Shown here: positions 39,185 to 53,099 of the stretch, one piece after another
Numbering within the stretch: position 1 is the first letter of the stretch
How the letters are laid out: each line of letters opens with the position of its first letter
Assembly: GCA_963514005.1 (NCBI GenBank)
Contig: OY740811.1
Span: forward strand, 24,986,001 to 25,050,000
Source of the DNA: Raja brachyura
Taxonomy: Eukaryota
Reading direction: 5' to 3'
DNA length: 64,000 nucleotides
Made by a program: the position numbers and the translations under genes
The notes under the pieces: generated by a model
What the model was told of the DNA's origin: nothing
Database searches by the model: none
The model's input: the letters and a program-made list of their open reading frames with translations, nothing else

Positions 39185-42100
39185 GTTTTAAAATTTCCAT
39201 GAATGGCTTTGTATCAGATTGAATCTGATTTAAATCAGATTTTCTGTGCTCATACGTCACCTCTATTATAGGAAGGCTTGTTAATGTTGAAAATAACATG
39301 AAAAAGTATTTGAAATGGAGAATTCTGTTTTTGTTGTAATTAGTCACATATCTTGTAACTTTCATGTGAATTTTTAAACAAGCCAGAGAAGTAGATGTAC
39401 TGAAGTATTTTTCTGGGAAACCTAACTAGATTAGGATTTAACAATACTATTTTGTAAAAATAATAATAAATAGTAAAAGATCATTTCTTGTATTGGGCTG
39501 ATGGAGACATCGAGCTTATCAGTTTAAAATTACTGCAAAAAGACTTACACAACGGGTCGGAAGCTGGCATGCTTTGCTTTGTAACTGGCGAGTGGAGATT
39601 TATAATTCTGAAGGGAAATTTGAATAAATATTTAACACAGGAGGCGTTACCGGCTATGGAGGGAGAGCAGAGCAATGCAGTCGGTTTCAGAGTTTTTGTA
39701 TTGCAAGCTTCTGAAGATCGCTGAGGTTTGCTAATGGTCAAGCGATTTTCTTAGCACAAAGTATAAGCAGGTTAATAGTTATAAACATGGTTTCTTAAAT
39801 AAAAACATAAAAAGCTCAAAGAAATTGAATCAGTAGAGGCGAAGGAGATGAAAAGCAGCTGTCTGTAATAAAAGGGAACACTGCTCAATGGGATCTTGGG
39901 AATTTGGAACTGCACAGCACCATGCATGTTACATATGAGCAAGTGTTCTTTGCTGCGTTTAATTGAAATTCTCCTACTGCTATTCCAGACGCGTACAACG
40001 TCGAATGTAAATAATGGAACACTTGGAGTTTAGGTGTTTAAATGTATATGTACATGCTTCTCATTCACTGCCAGCTGCTGCTTAAAGCAGCCAGATTAAC
40101 AAATGCCGACATTTGGCAGTCTGTCTGTTAGTTTTAAATTGAAACAAAATTGCCCAGTTGCACAATTCTGGCTTGCTGCACTGGTAGTTGGTTCAGAATG
40201 AAACTAGTGTTTAGTGCCAATGTATAATTGGGCAAATTATCATTCATTTATATATAAAGAAACACATGCCATTTTAAAAGAAAGATGTGAGCTTTGTACA
40301 CTGCAACCACAGTATCCTGTTTTCTACTCAGTGCACTTATAGTTTAGTGACATTTCTGTAATTATGGATGGGAATGTTTGTATGTCTTGTATTGATCTGT
40401 TTTGATGAAAAGCTGGTGGCAGGCGCCCAGTGTGAATACCCCTTACCCCACCTCTCAAACCTCCTTTTCCCCCTCTCTGCAATGCTGAATGAGTCAGGCC
40501 ATTGGAATGTCTGGTGCATTGAGGAAAAGCAAAGCTTGTCTGGGAAAGTACTGTAATTTCTCTGGGGCATTGGAAAAGTTCTTTACTGTTTCAAACTGTC
40601 CATTAAAATTCAAGGTTGTGGCTTTATTAGTTTGAATTAGTTTTTTGTGTGCAAATTGATGCGTGTGCCTGGGATAGTGGAGGTTACCAGAAGGAAGAGT
40701 GAAGTGCATCTTATTTACTTTTGCTGGTACCATGTGCTGTAACTCAATTTAATTGTGGTGCACAGTGTCAAGTACACAGCAGAATTGTCTTTCTTTAATT
40801 TGATGTAGTCTCCTTCAGGGAAGGACCAAATTCAAATGCATTTTGCAGCTACCCCCTGTCTCTGCAGATGGAGTTTAAATAAGCAATTTTACATTTTTGG
40901 TGGAGCAGCAGAAAACTTTGTTCTGTTTTCTTGTAATATAGAAATTTACAGCACAGGATGAGGCTGTTTGTCCCTTCAAGTCTATGTCATCGGAAAGGCT
41001 GCTCAGACTGTGTATACACATGCTTTTTACTGAACTGTAAGCAAAAAATTAATGTCACTGTACCTAGGTACATGTGACAATAAAGTGCCATTGAACGATT
41101 GCTCTGTAGTCTCGTGGCTCTAGTCCGTTGAGAGCATATCCAGGCTTTAAATGTGGTATGTGTTGACTTGCTTTTCTACCTTTTCTATGCCGCTTTTAAC
41201 AGCAAAATCAATCTTCCTGTCATCTGCTGGTCATGGCACCCATTATTTCCACGTGTTTTTCTCAAAAGTTGCTGAAGCTTTTAATGTTTTTCTTGCAACA
41301 ACTTAGTTAGCAGTGGGGGAATGGAGATGGTGTTGGGGGAATCTTCTGGTATCCTGAAACCTCTGCCCTGGGCGACACTGTTCATACACGCTCCACCATC
41401 TACAAAGATGGGCAACCTGGCTTTTGGCATCGAGGCCCAGCCTGGCAGCGGCAGGGTTGCATGGTGCAAGCAGACCACATGCGGAATTTGACATCCACTG
41501 CCCCTCATTGCCTTGAACCAGGCTCACCGGTCTCCGAAGCTGTGACAGGGTTCCTGAACATGTTGGTGAGCGATCAGGACCAGTAGTGGCTTTTTAATGT
41601 AATAAATAAAAAAAACTATTTTTAAAAAATTGTTATTTTTAAATAGCATTCAACATGCTAAACCGATTCACTAAAAACATTGAAATGTTTAAGTAAAAAA
41701 TAAACAACTGATGACCTCCCAGCAGTGAATGACTTCCGCCGCTGGCACGTGACGAGGTTTACTGAAGGCAGACTTTACAATCTTAGAGCAGGGAGAGCAA
41801 TTGTTCCCTGCCCGCTCCTTTGTTTGCATGCCCGTTACACCCTTGTAAATTATAATTATTTCCCTTAATTTGATTTACCAATATTTTGTCATGCACTTGT
41901 AACTTTTTTGCTTCACCCTGAACATATATATATTCTTGTAGACTTCTTTTGGACAGAAGCTTTTTTCATGCATTATCCCACCAGTCTTTGACATCTAGCT
42001 GATACAAATTTCAAAATCTAATCCATTTTATTAATGAGAATATGTATCTGGAAATTTGCCTAATGTGCTGTATTCATTCCCTTTGCAAGAATGTTGGAGG

Positions 42101-42356
42101 CAGGACACAGAGTACGCATCCAACTACATTAGGTATTGATTGGAACCTACAATGACCCTCCATAAATGACTCCTGTAAACAGGCTTGGGATGAGAAGAGG
42201 TGGTGCGTGAGTGATAGAGTGAATGTTCAAGGCAGTGGATGGGCTGTCCTGGGTGACGTGTTAAAGTTGCAGTCGTGCAGGAAAATGGCACGTATTCCAT
42301 CACATGCTTGTCGAGCACTTCAGAGATGGTGAAAGGCTTTGGGGGTGGGGTGATAG

Positions 42357-42640
42357 TTTAGGTTATTATTGTCACGTTAATCAAGGTACAGTGAAAAGCT
42401 TTTATGTAACATGCTAACCAGTCAATGAAAAGACTTTGCACAATTACAATCAAGCTGTCCACAGTGTACAGGTACAGGATAAAGGGTATATCATTTAGTG
42501 CAAGATAAAGTCTGATTAAAGATGGTTTGAACGTCTCCAATGAGGTAGATGGGTGGTCAGGACTGCACTCTAGCTGGTGAGAGGATGGTTCAGTTGCCTG
42601 ATAACTGCTGGGAAGAAATTGTCCCTGAATCAGATGAGTC
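42357..42640 (-). mobile_element. Rex1/Babar-like LINE 3' end
   Basis: Minus strand encodes FRDNFFPAVIRQLN, followed by a 3' UTR ending gtgacaataataa. Confidence 0.8.
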
Positions 42641-43596
42641 ATTGATCTTTCTATCTACTGATTAAAACATCTTTCAAATATATTTTAAATAATTACCCAT
42701 TACCTAGAACTTTTAAATTCCTTATTTTCAAGTTAATGAAATCCTCTTCTGTCACTGTCCCTTATAATTTGCATTTCAGTTTCCCTCTTATAGTCCTTAG
42801 TGGGTCCAGTGGAGATGTTGCCTCTTATTCTGCACCTCAATTCAACCGATGATCACATCTGATGATTTTTCTGGTTCACACAACAGAAATTATTTCATGA
42901 GCATGAAGTCAGCAGAGGTGAATGAGTTATTCAACAATGTTTTCAGGTCTGAAAATATGCCCCCTCTTCTGATGCAACTTTGGAAACACAGTTCAACACA
43001 AGCTGGCATTTGAACATGGGCCTGTGTTCCTGATATCTTCTCTGCAGTGTTTTGCATGACCTTTGGAAGATCTTAGCTTTCTTGGAATTTACGAGTCTGT
43101 GGAAAGCCATCCGGCCAATTGGTCGATGCCCAACCTATGTTATGAATGAGCTGCATTCCACACTACTTCATCCAACGTTGTGAATGTAACCAGCTCCACT
43201 TCGGTCTGCAGTGGACAACCGTCGATCACTTTAAATACATTTTGGGGGACAATTCATATCTACATTGTTGAGGTTGTAATTGGTGTCTGAGAGTGTGCAT
43301 TTACATCAACACCACATCAGGGTCGACACTAGTTGTCTGAGGTATTTGGGCAGCAGTCTCCCTCCCATGTATAATGCCGGAGGTAAAACTGACCTCGCCC
43401 AGGAAACGTTCACAAGGGTCTTTCCTTGCAGTGTGGTGCAAATTGGGCCCTGTTGTGCCAGCCTTTGGCACCATGAGATCCAGCTTCAGTGAGAGCCATT
43501 TTTAGTGATGTGTCCCCTACACCCAAAGTATGCAAGAGTACTAGATGTACCGATCCTCCTGATGACCTGAGATTAATTTCTCGGCAAGCTGTTTCA

Positions 43597-43832
43597 TAAG
43601 TTCATAAGTTATAGGTGCTGAAATAGGTCATTCGGTCCATCAAGTCCAGTCCGCTATTCTTGGCTCCACAGCCTTCTGTGGCAATGAATTCCACAGATTC
43701 ATCACCCTCTGACTAAAGAAATCCCTCCTCATCTCCTTTCCAAAGTTACATCCTTTTATTCTGAAGCTATAGCCTCTGATCCTGGACTAGCCCACAAGTG
43801 GAAATATCCTCTCCGTCCACTCTATCCAGGTC
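43597..43832 (-). mobile_element. CR1-like LINE 3' fragment
   Basis: Minus strand encodes FFSQRVMNLWNSLPQKAVEP-like sequence; (ACTTATGA)n tail. Confidence 0.82.
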
Positions 43833-44840
43833 TTTCCTCCGTCTACGCTACATCTACGCCCAGGATGAGTTTTTCCATTTCGGGTCATCGGAGATGTCCT
43901 CGTTCTTTAGGAAATGGGGGTTCCCCTCTTCCATTACAGATGAGGTTCTCACTAGGGTCTCCTCGAAATCCTGCAGCTCTGCTCTTGCTCCTCCTCCCCC
44001 CATTCGTAACAAGGACAGAGTCCCCCAGGTCCTCACCTTCTACCCCATCAGCCGTCGCATACAGCATATAATCCAGCAACATTTTTGCCACCTCCAACGG
44101 GATCCCACTACTGGCCACATCTTCCCGTCTTCACCCCTCTCTATTTTCCGCAGAGACCATTCCCTCTGCAACTCCCTCGTCAACTCGCCCCTTCCCACCC
44201 AAACCACCCTCTCCCCAGGTACTTTCCCCTGCAACCGCAGGAGATGCAACATCTGTCCCTTTACCTCCTCCCTCGACTCCATCCAAGGACCCCAACAGTC
44301 TTTTCAGGTGACGCAGAGGTTCACTTGCACCTCCTCCAACCTCATCTACTGTATCCGCTGTTCCAGGAGTCAACTGCTGTACATCAGCAAGACCAAGCGC
44401 ACGCTCGGCGATCGTTTCGCTGAACAACTCCGCTCAGTCCGTCTTAACCTATCAGATCTCCCGGTTGCTCAGCACTTTAACTCCCCCTCCCATTCCCAAT
44501 CTGACCTTTCTGTCCTGGGTCTCCTCCATTGTCAGTGAGGCCCAGCGCAAATTGGAGTGACAAACAGCACGTCATATTTTGCTTGGGTAGCTTACACCCC
44601 AGCAGTATGAACATTCTGATGAACAAGTATGACTTCTCTAACTACAAATAGCCCTCTCTCCCCATCCCCTCCCCCTTCCCAGTTCTCCCACCCCTCTTAC
44701 TGTCTCCGACTGCATTCTATCTCTGTCCCGCCCACTCCCCTGACATCAGTCTGAAGAGGGGTCTCGACCCAAAATGTCACCCATTCCTTCTCTCCAGAGA
44801 TGCTGCCTGTCCCGCTGAGTAGACATTTTGTGTCTACCCA
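43832..44840 (+). mobile_element. Penelope-like element 3' part: RT thumb/linker, GIY-YIG endonuclease pseudogene and pLTR
   Basis: SFLRLRYI...VPQVLTFYP...GTFPCNRRRCNICP...FTCTSSNLIYCIRCSRSQLLYISKTKRTLGDRFAEQLRSV...PVAQHFNSPSHS; hammerhead-like box at 44750-44780. Confidence 0.93.
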
Positions 44841-46003
44841 GGTCTTTCACTTTTTGGTAAATTGCAATGTGGACCCCTCATCCTTATAAACTCAACAAGT
44901 ACAGGTCCAGTGCCGTCAAACGCTTGTTTTTGTGCAGTTGGGACGGGCTCCAACTTGTAAGCCAAGTTGACAGTGAAATCAGCTCGGGGACTTTGAGCCT
45001 CCCAGTTCATTGCCACCTTTGTGCCCACAAACAAACAATGAGAAATTTGTACCCCAGTGTGCACAAAGCATTTGTCTGCTGAGAGGTGAGCAAAGGGTCA
45101 GTCCACACTTGTAATTGCGGTTTTGTTCAATGAAATGCACTGTCTGGTTTTGGACTAACTGACCAGACAGTCTCAATAAACAGTCTGCATTTTATGGTTG
45201 GATGGCAAAGTTCATATTTTGTGACTAAAGATCTTATGGTTGGCGAGTATATTTGCTGCACTGAAGACATACATTGAGGAAATGCTGCAGAGAGGAGACT
45301 GATTTCCTATAAAGGATATTTATATGACACATGTACAGAACCCTGTGCCGGTCCTTGCAACTGGATGATGCATAGGTTACATTTTTGTATAAACTGTCTT
45401 GCTCCAAAAAAAATAACTTTAAAGACCTCTCTTTCTCTCTCCAACTTTCCTTTCAAATAAAATGTATGCAAATGTTTTAATTTATCAGGATCTGTAATTA
45501 AATGAAATTGCATTTTATCTGATCAACCAGAAAAAGTAATGGGGTTTTCAGAGATCTCTGGCATTACAAATGTTATCAGGTCCTTTAAATATCAAAGTTT
45601 GCTTAATTATTAATCACTAATAGTCGTGAAAGGGCAACTGAAAAATATGGAACAATGTGGAATCACAAAAGTGTGATTTTATGTTTGTTTTGTTTTAATG
45701 TTCTTATTCTCCAGGAAGGAGCATTCTTTATGACATATTCTTCACCCATGCGTAGAATCATCAGCACTCATAATTCCTACATTCTTTTCTTGAGTAGTAT
45801 TTCAAAAGAATATACACTTAATATTAATAAAGAGAGAAGGCTTTTCAGTCTCATTCTGCTGACTTATTTTTGTTAAGATCTATGTCAGGATCCACATGGA
45901 CTATTTAAGGCTTATGTTACCTGATTTTTTTTAAGCACCATCCTCGTCAGCCTGCTTGATCATCCTACCCTTTAACACAACCGGTCAAATTCAGGGCAAC
46001 ACA

Positions 46004-46282
46004 ATGCCACACCGCAGCTGGTAGAGCTGCTGCCTCACAGGGCTAGAGACCCAAGTTCGATCCTGACCTTGGGTGCTGTTTGTGTGGAGATTGCACGTTC
46101 TTCCTGTGACACATAGGTTTTCTTAAGAGTGCTCCGGTTTCCTCCCAAACCTCAAAGACGTACGTGTTTGTAAGTTGATTGGCTGCTGCAAATTACCCGG
46201 AGTATTTAGCGACTGGATGCAAAAGTGCGATAACATAGGACTAGTGTGGTCTGCGTGGATTTGGTGGGCCGAATGGCCTGTT
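46004..46282 (+). mobile_element. HE1-like V-SINE
   Basis: B box gttcgatcc, V-domain, and CR1-derived tail gggccgaatggcctgtttcc. Confidence 0.85.
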
Positions 46283-46684
46283 TCCATGCTAAATCCCTAA
46301 AGATTAATAACAAATGGGACACCTCCCCCCCCCCCCCCCTTGTTTCGTACCCATTTATAGTCATGGCAACCCTGGTTCTGGCTTTGCTTCCTTTCACCTC
46401 CAGAGTTTCCCAAAGCTGCCCCTCTGGACTCCGTCCATTCTCTCCCTCATCTGCATGCGGCCCTTCAGTGATGCGTGTTAAGCAGTGTGACAGCATCCAC
46501 ATGTTTGTTAATATTGCTCGCCAGCATCACCACCTCTATTATTGGATAGCTTAGTTGATAGTCTCGGATAAGCCTCCCAACTGAATGATTGGACAACAAT
46601 CCAGGAGCAATTCAGCATCTAAACATGAGAAATGTGATGTGACAAGAATACATATGCAACTGAGATACAAGTTTATTGTGTATA

Positions 46685-46975
46685 GACTTTAAAGATATGG
46701 TGCGGAAATAGGCACTTCACCCCACCGAATCGTCGCAGATCAGCGATCACCCCTTCCTAGCACTAGAAACACTAGGGACAACTTACAATTTTACCGAAGA
46801 CAATTAACCTACAAATCTGCATGTCTTTGGAGTGTGGAAGGAAACCAGAGCACCCAGAGTAAACCCACGCAGTCGCAGGGAGAACATACAAACTCCGTAT
46901 AGACAGCACCTGTAGTCAGGATCAAATCTGGGTTTCTGGAGCCGTAAGGCAGCAACTCTACCGGTGTGCCACGGC
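46685..46975 (-). mobile_element. HE1-like V-SINE
   Basis: Reverse complement of the same SINE. Confidence 0.85.
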
Positions 46976-49900
46976 GTGTTGCTGAATATGTGATATATAC
47001 TCTCAACATGTACAAATTGCAGTTTCATATCTACAAATATATTTTTTTTACTCTCCCATTTACTTCTCTCTGTTGCCTAGTTGACAGCCAAGATTAGACT
47101 AGGTCAGTTTCCCCTCTAGATCACCTAGTTAATTGAAGGAACCACTTTAGCCCTCAGAACAACCTAAGGGAATCCACCAGCGAGTCACCAGCGAAGGCCC
47201 ATCATCTGTGCCTTTGTGTTTATTTAAAACTAAACCAAAATTATGTAAAAACTACCAAGATATTATTGCACTTATTGCATGATCCAAATCTGTTCTACAC
47301 CCAAATTATACTTAAGGTTTACTTGCTCTGAAATCTGTGTCTCCTTATTTACTGCAAGCTTCCATCAGATTGCCTTCAGGAAGGTATTAACCTACTTTTA
47401 CATTTGCATTACCTCTTGTCTTCAGCATGCTGCTAAATCTATTTTTGTTCATCTGGTATTCTGTAAGAGAAGTTTCTGAGGTTTGCTTTTTTACAGAGGT
47501 CAGAACTTGCAACCAAGCAAAACAAAAAATGGAGAGGGGAGTCTTTCCTTTTAGTATCATAGAGTCATTTTCAGGAAAATGTAGGATCCTTGGGTCTAAC
47601 ATGGAGCCTTGTCTACTTGAGGCACTCCTTCGGAAGAATGATCCATTTTGATGGATGGAAAATAGCAGCCTAGACACGCATGTTGTCAGAATAGTTCCAA
47701 TCACTATGAGGTGAGTGGTGAGACAGGCTTTCACTGTACGGTGTCAGAACATACACAAATGGATTAGAGATTCTGCGTTGGGCCAATGGCTGTATCCTCG
47801 TGTCATCTTTCAGGGCAGTGGCGGTTGCTGGGTTGCACATGGAGTGGACCATTGAGGGTTCTATTGCGGCATCAGCACATGATCGCTGTCTCCCACTGCC
47901 ATTCACTGCTGCCTTGGGTTTCTTCGGCCAAGCCGAAGCAGGCCGCTCATTTGCAACGCCGAGCAGCTCCTGCAAGTACCTGCATTGACGGGGGCCAAGG
48001 TTGCATTTGTTACCGGCACTTCTAGCTTAATGCATCATACACACAGAGATCCTGGCAGCAAATTCATGGGCAGCATCTAGCACACTCTCTACTGAAGTTC
48101 CTTCAGCCCACTTTGTCCATGCTGACCACTTTAGCATACTGGGCTTGTCCCATTTGCCTACACATTGGGTATATTTGACATGATAGATATGTTATAGTTG
48201 CAGTGATGTAAGGAGGTTAATCTACTGAACTTGCTTTTAAAATTGCTTCAAGTTGAAAGAAACTTTTAAAACATGTCTTCTATAATTTGCTTTAAAAATA
48301 GCAGAAACAATGGTATTTGTGAAAGGGAGTATATGTGTTAATCTAAATCAACTAAACTAGAAGTCTAAACGTAGGTCTTTGGCACTATGACCTTTGTCAG
48401 ACTCGGCTATTTGATTAGTGTGAAGAAAAAATGATACTGAGTTCATGTAAATCTTTGCAAGCTGCTTGTTGACAAGATTCAAAATGTAGAAAGAGATAAA
48501 GACTTGAATTGTGCAAATGAGATTGAGGTTTGCTGAATTTTGCATTCAGAGATTTCTTTGCAATTATTCTGGCAAGAATAACCAAGAGCAGAAGAGATAA
48601 ATCAGGTGTTTTATGTTTCCAGGCTAATCACTAACTTCAGTGTCTTACGCTCATTGCGTTTTGGGGACTAATTTGTAATTATTTGGAGAATAGATGAATA
48701 ATAATATATGGTTATCAGATCTCACTCAATCACTTGACCAACATAAGGAAAATTTACTAGAAAATCACAGTTTTTTGGCAGAGTTGAAATATTATGCAAT
48801 GAGACATTTTGAAGCAGTCATATAAATCTGTACCCCAGAATTGCTCTGTGAAAATTCACATTAACTTATAGACTGGTAACCTGTTCCCGTTTTAGTTATC
48901 TTTCTTCCTTGGCTTAAAGCTTGGTACTTATTCACTTCCAATACCCTGTCAATAGGCTGTAAACCACATCTGACGGCTCACAGTAAATATTTCTAACCTG
49001 CTTAATTTAGGGGTACAAAACCAGATTCATACCTGTTTTCTACACTCCCATCTCTCCACCCTGGCTTCGAAAAGCTGATCAGAAGTAGGAACCCTTGCAG
49101 CATCTCACCTCCTTGGCCCCTAGCCATGAAGCTGTTACTGTGATCTCACCATTGCATTTGCCGTCGATCAACTAACTTAGGACAATTCTGAGGCCATCTT
49201 TACCCTCTGCTCTCTATCTTCAGATATCAGTCACCAAGATAGATACTGGGGAATTTCTGGTGCAAGATCATTACTGTGAACTAGCTGAGTGCTTGGTTCA
49301 CTGAGCTACATTCAGTGGGTATTGGAAGTGGCTTTGTGGAGGAGAGGTCATTTGTCTGTCACATTTCCGCATTTGCACCATTGCTCGGAGGTGAGCCAGC
49401 CTAGATTGCTGTGATCCATACAATGTTGCGATGGTCTAAAGCAGGTGCCTCTAAGCCACATTCTTTGGTACACTTGGGCAGGCACTGACCAAATGAGGCC
49501 AACTGACAAGATGGACCTCCTCACCTGTGGCTGCTGCCACTGGAAATGTTGGTAAGGACCATGTTACTCAAGTGCTGATGCCTCGCATTCCTTACTCATG
49601 TTCAAGAAGACGAATGGCTCCCTGACAGCCAGAGTTGATCTGACCTCCTGCTGAAAGTATTTCTCCCCTCCTTTTTCCTCCTGCCTAATGCATCAGCTGC
49701 TTCTGTTCTGTGTGCCCAACCTTTGCTCACCCTTTGTGCCGTCTTCCAAGGGGAGGCCTGCTGAGGAAGCGAGTCTGGGAGCTGTTGGCTTGAACAAAGA
49801 CCTTGCAGTCAGCAAAAGATCCTGCGGCACCTGGAGCCATGGGATTGCGGTTTCAAACAGCTACGTAAAGCAGCAGACACAGAATTATAGCAAAGGCCAA

Positions 49901-50118
49901 CAAACAATCAAGCACCAAACCAGCTGGCAGTAGTGGATGGTCCCTTTAAATCGTGCCGTTGGAAGTCCTTCCTGTTGCATGCATTTCCAGTCCGGTGAGG
50001 TTCAGAGCAAACAACAATGGTGTCTAACGTCACGCTTGCATGCGCTACTTAGCATGCATTCTCAATGAAATGAGGTTCAGCATGCCGTTTTTCCACAAGT
50101 GAACAAGTGGATTGCTTT

Positions 50119-50275
50119 GGCAGCACAGTGGTGCAGCAGTAGACTGTACTGCCTCACAGCGCCAGTGACCCGGGTTTGATCCTGACTACGGCTGCTGTCT
50201 GTATGGAGTTTGTGCATTCTCCCTGTGACTGCATGGGTTTTCTCCAGGTGCTCCAGTTTCCTCCAACACCCCAAA
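50119..50275 (+). mobile_element. HE1-like V-SINE 5' half
   Basis: A box gtggtgcagcagtag, B box gtttgatcc, V-domain; abuts an oppositely oriented CR1 tail. Confidence 0.85.
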
Positions 50276-50810
50276 GAACAGTACAGCACGAGAACAGGGC
50301 CTTCAGCCCACAATGATTGTGCCAAACATGATGCCAAGACCATCTCTTATCTACCCTGCACATATCCATATTCCTCCATATCTTATCTGCCTCAAATACC
50401 ATCCCCGGTATCACCTCTTAATCCAGGTAACCTTCTGGTAAACCTTTTCTGCACCCTTTCATAAACCCCCCCAAAGCCTTCCTGTAATGGGGCAACCAGA
50501 ACTGCATGCAACTCTCCAAATGCGGCCTAACCAAAGTTGTGTCAAGCTGCATCATGACTGCCTGACTCTTGTACTCAATGGCCAGACCTATGAAAACAAG
50601 CATACAATATGCCTTCATTACCACTCTACCTAGGTGTTGCCACTTTCAGAGGGATATTGACTTGGACCCCAAGATCCCTTATCAATTATGTTAAGGGTCA
50701 TGCTCTTTTCCCTTTGCATTTAATTTCCCGAAGTGCAGCAGCTCACACTTGCTCGGATTAAGCTCTGCCATTTCTCCACTCTATATCCCGCTGTATACTT
50801 TGACAGTCTT
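50276..50810 (-). mobile_element. CR1-like LINE fragment with internal deletion
   Basis: ORF 50418-50624 KAYCMLVFIGLAIEYKSQAVMMQLDTTLVRPHLESCMQFWLPHYRK matches the CR1 LVRPHLEYCVQFWSPHY motif. Confidence 0.88.
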
Positions 50811-51050
50811 TCTCACAATTGTTTGAACATGAGAGGTAAGGATATTTCTGCACCTTGCAATAAAATCCAATCGTGAATTTTTGGTTCGGATGTTCTCTCT
50901 GGCCTCTGCCAGAGGGTTACTCTGAGATCTGCATGAGAGACATTCAGGTTAATTTTCTCATCAACTTTGAAGATTGGGAGACAACAAGAGCTGAATGTTA
51001 ATTACTGTGTTAATTACAGGTCAGTAAGGGATTTGATCTAACGATTGAAC

Positions 51051-51262
51051 TTAAGGACGCAAAGTGCTGGATAACTCGGCGGATGAATCAGCATCTCTGG
51101 AGAACCTGGGTCGGTTACATTTCGTGTTGGGACCGTTCTTCAGACGAGACCTAAAACATCCCATATCCATGTTGTCCGGGGATGCTGTCTGAACTGCTGA
51201 GTTATTCCAGCACTTTGTGTCCCTTTGTGTAAACCCGCACCTACAGTTCCTTGTTTCTACAC
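51051..51262 (+). mobile_element. Head-to-head Penelope pLTR pair with probable 11-bp TSD
   Basis: aacgattgaac (51040-51050) and aacaattgaac (51263-51273); inverted arms meet at ttcttcagac. Confidence 0.78.
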
Positions 51263-53099
51263 AACAATTGAACAAGTTGTTTTCTTCGTTTGCTGAAAAT
51301 GATCGGTAAAAAACAGGCATTTTCTGTTGATTATTCTGTTTCTCTGACTTAGAAACCTGAAGTAGGGTAACATACATCCTACTGCTATAATTAAAATCAG
51401 GTTGTTTTTAAATATTAATGACTGGAGATTTTGATGGAAACATGTTTTTAATGTTTCAGTGCATATAGATGAGTCATTGAGCAAATATTCATTGAAAATA
51501 TGGACAGGCTAGCATGACTTGTCTAGAGCACATTTCAGAATGAAACAGATGTGCAGTTTTTTTTACCCTTTGCGGAACAGCGCTAACAGATTTGTTAAAT
51601 TAAGCCTACAGAATAGTTTCCTTTCCCATGAGGACATCTTGGAAGCCCGTACCAGTTACTGCAAGGTTGGGTGGTTTAACCATTCAGATTGTACAGAGGA
51701 ATTTAGGAGTTGATATAATAATCTCTAATAAAAGTAAAAATGACCCAGTTAAGATTTGACAGATAAAGCAGGTGATCTAAGCTAAGAAACGCAAGACATT
51801 GAACAGCTGAGCTATCAAGCACATTTACTCTGTTTGCTTGAATTCCTGGGAGATCAATAAGGGACTGTGTAAACCGATGATTTAAAATTGTTCTTAAACC
51901 TGTAAAGAATTTCCTTACGGTGTACTGAAGTTGAGTCGAACAATCATTTTTTTTCATAATGTGCTTCTCTCTACATGGCTGAAAGCAATGATTGCATTAC
52001 TACGCTCTGTCACCACCTAAGACTTAGCACCTCCTCCCCAGCTTGTCAGTTTGACTTGCTGCAGTACCAGACACATGAATCTGCCTGTAATGTTCAAAAC
52101 CTTGCCAGTTTTAACGTGGGAGAAGATGGACAAAAATGATGATCTGGCAGAAGAACTGGAGCATGCATAGATAGTACTAGTTTATCTGAATGTTTAATTA
52201 ATCTTTTTCAAAGGTTGAACCGGTAACCAAGTTCTGTGAGAGGAAGCTGGGAGTCCTGTGCTATAGTGCACTGAAATCTCTCGTAGTGTGTGACGGGTTT
52301 TACTGGTTCTTGGCCCAGCTGCAAGGGGTGTGGTATCCTCTTTCAGAGAACATAAGCACTTCCTCTGTTCCACCCACTTGGAGCAATAAGTCTGCAGCAG
52401 AGTCTGAAATCTCAGGAAAAAAAATAATTTTCATTCCAACCAAAAGAAGAAATTTGTACTTTTTAATGCCTTTGTTAGAAATTAGTAAAAGAGGTGGGAT
52501 AGGTGGAAGCAACACAATGCAACAGAAAATGGTGTTTGGTTCAGAAATCCCTACTTCTCCCCATCAATTAAAAACAAAGCCTCTACTGACCATTTTCCAT
52601 TTGAGGCTCCGCTGATTGCCAAGACATTTTGTTGTTTTTAAAATGGCCTGGCTTTCAGATAACGTTGACAGCCAAAGTTCATGAGCAGTGATTCGAGCAC
52701 AATGTTGAATTCTATTTCCCAGCATGACATAATGTTGCTCTTGTTCAGAATCAAAGATATAGTTGAGGGAGTCTCGGTCTGTTTTGTTCTTGTTATTTGG
52801 TTGACTGTAATTTGTCTTTCGAGATCCTTTTAATCCCAGGTTTTGTCCATGCTGGTCAATCTTTGATAGGTTTCTGTTGCCAAACACAGTGCTGTTCCAA
52901 TCAATTGCTTAATCTCACGTTAGTCCCCAACAGGAGCTTCCTCTAAGGGCAGATGAGACATATTTGCTGACATTGGAAGAAATTGTGCAATGATATATTT
53001 TGTTCTATTTATTGAATTTCATAACTAGGCTACTTGGACAAAGCATTGCACTTGCTTATACATATTAGTACGTTTATTTCTAGATGAGCCCAAGACTTA

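Noticed and set aside
43798-44538. 246-aa ORF as an intact gene
   Set aside because: Chance fusion of antisense CR1 sequence to a truncated Penelope ORF; YIG is mutated to YIS and it stops prematurely.
47670-47975. 101-aa minus-strand ORF, and a + strand donor GAG|GTGAGT at 47710 preceded by MENSSLDTHVVRIVPITM
   Set aside because: No recognisable homology or coherent exon structure; cannot be distinguished from chance.
49224-49390. 167-nt segment bounded by a good acceptor (tcttcAG) and donor (GAG|GTGAGC)
   Set aside because: Stops in all three frames; at best a non-coding or pseudo-exon, with no supporting evidence.
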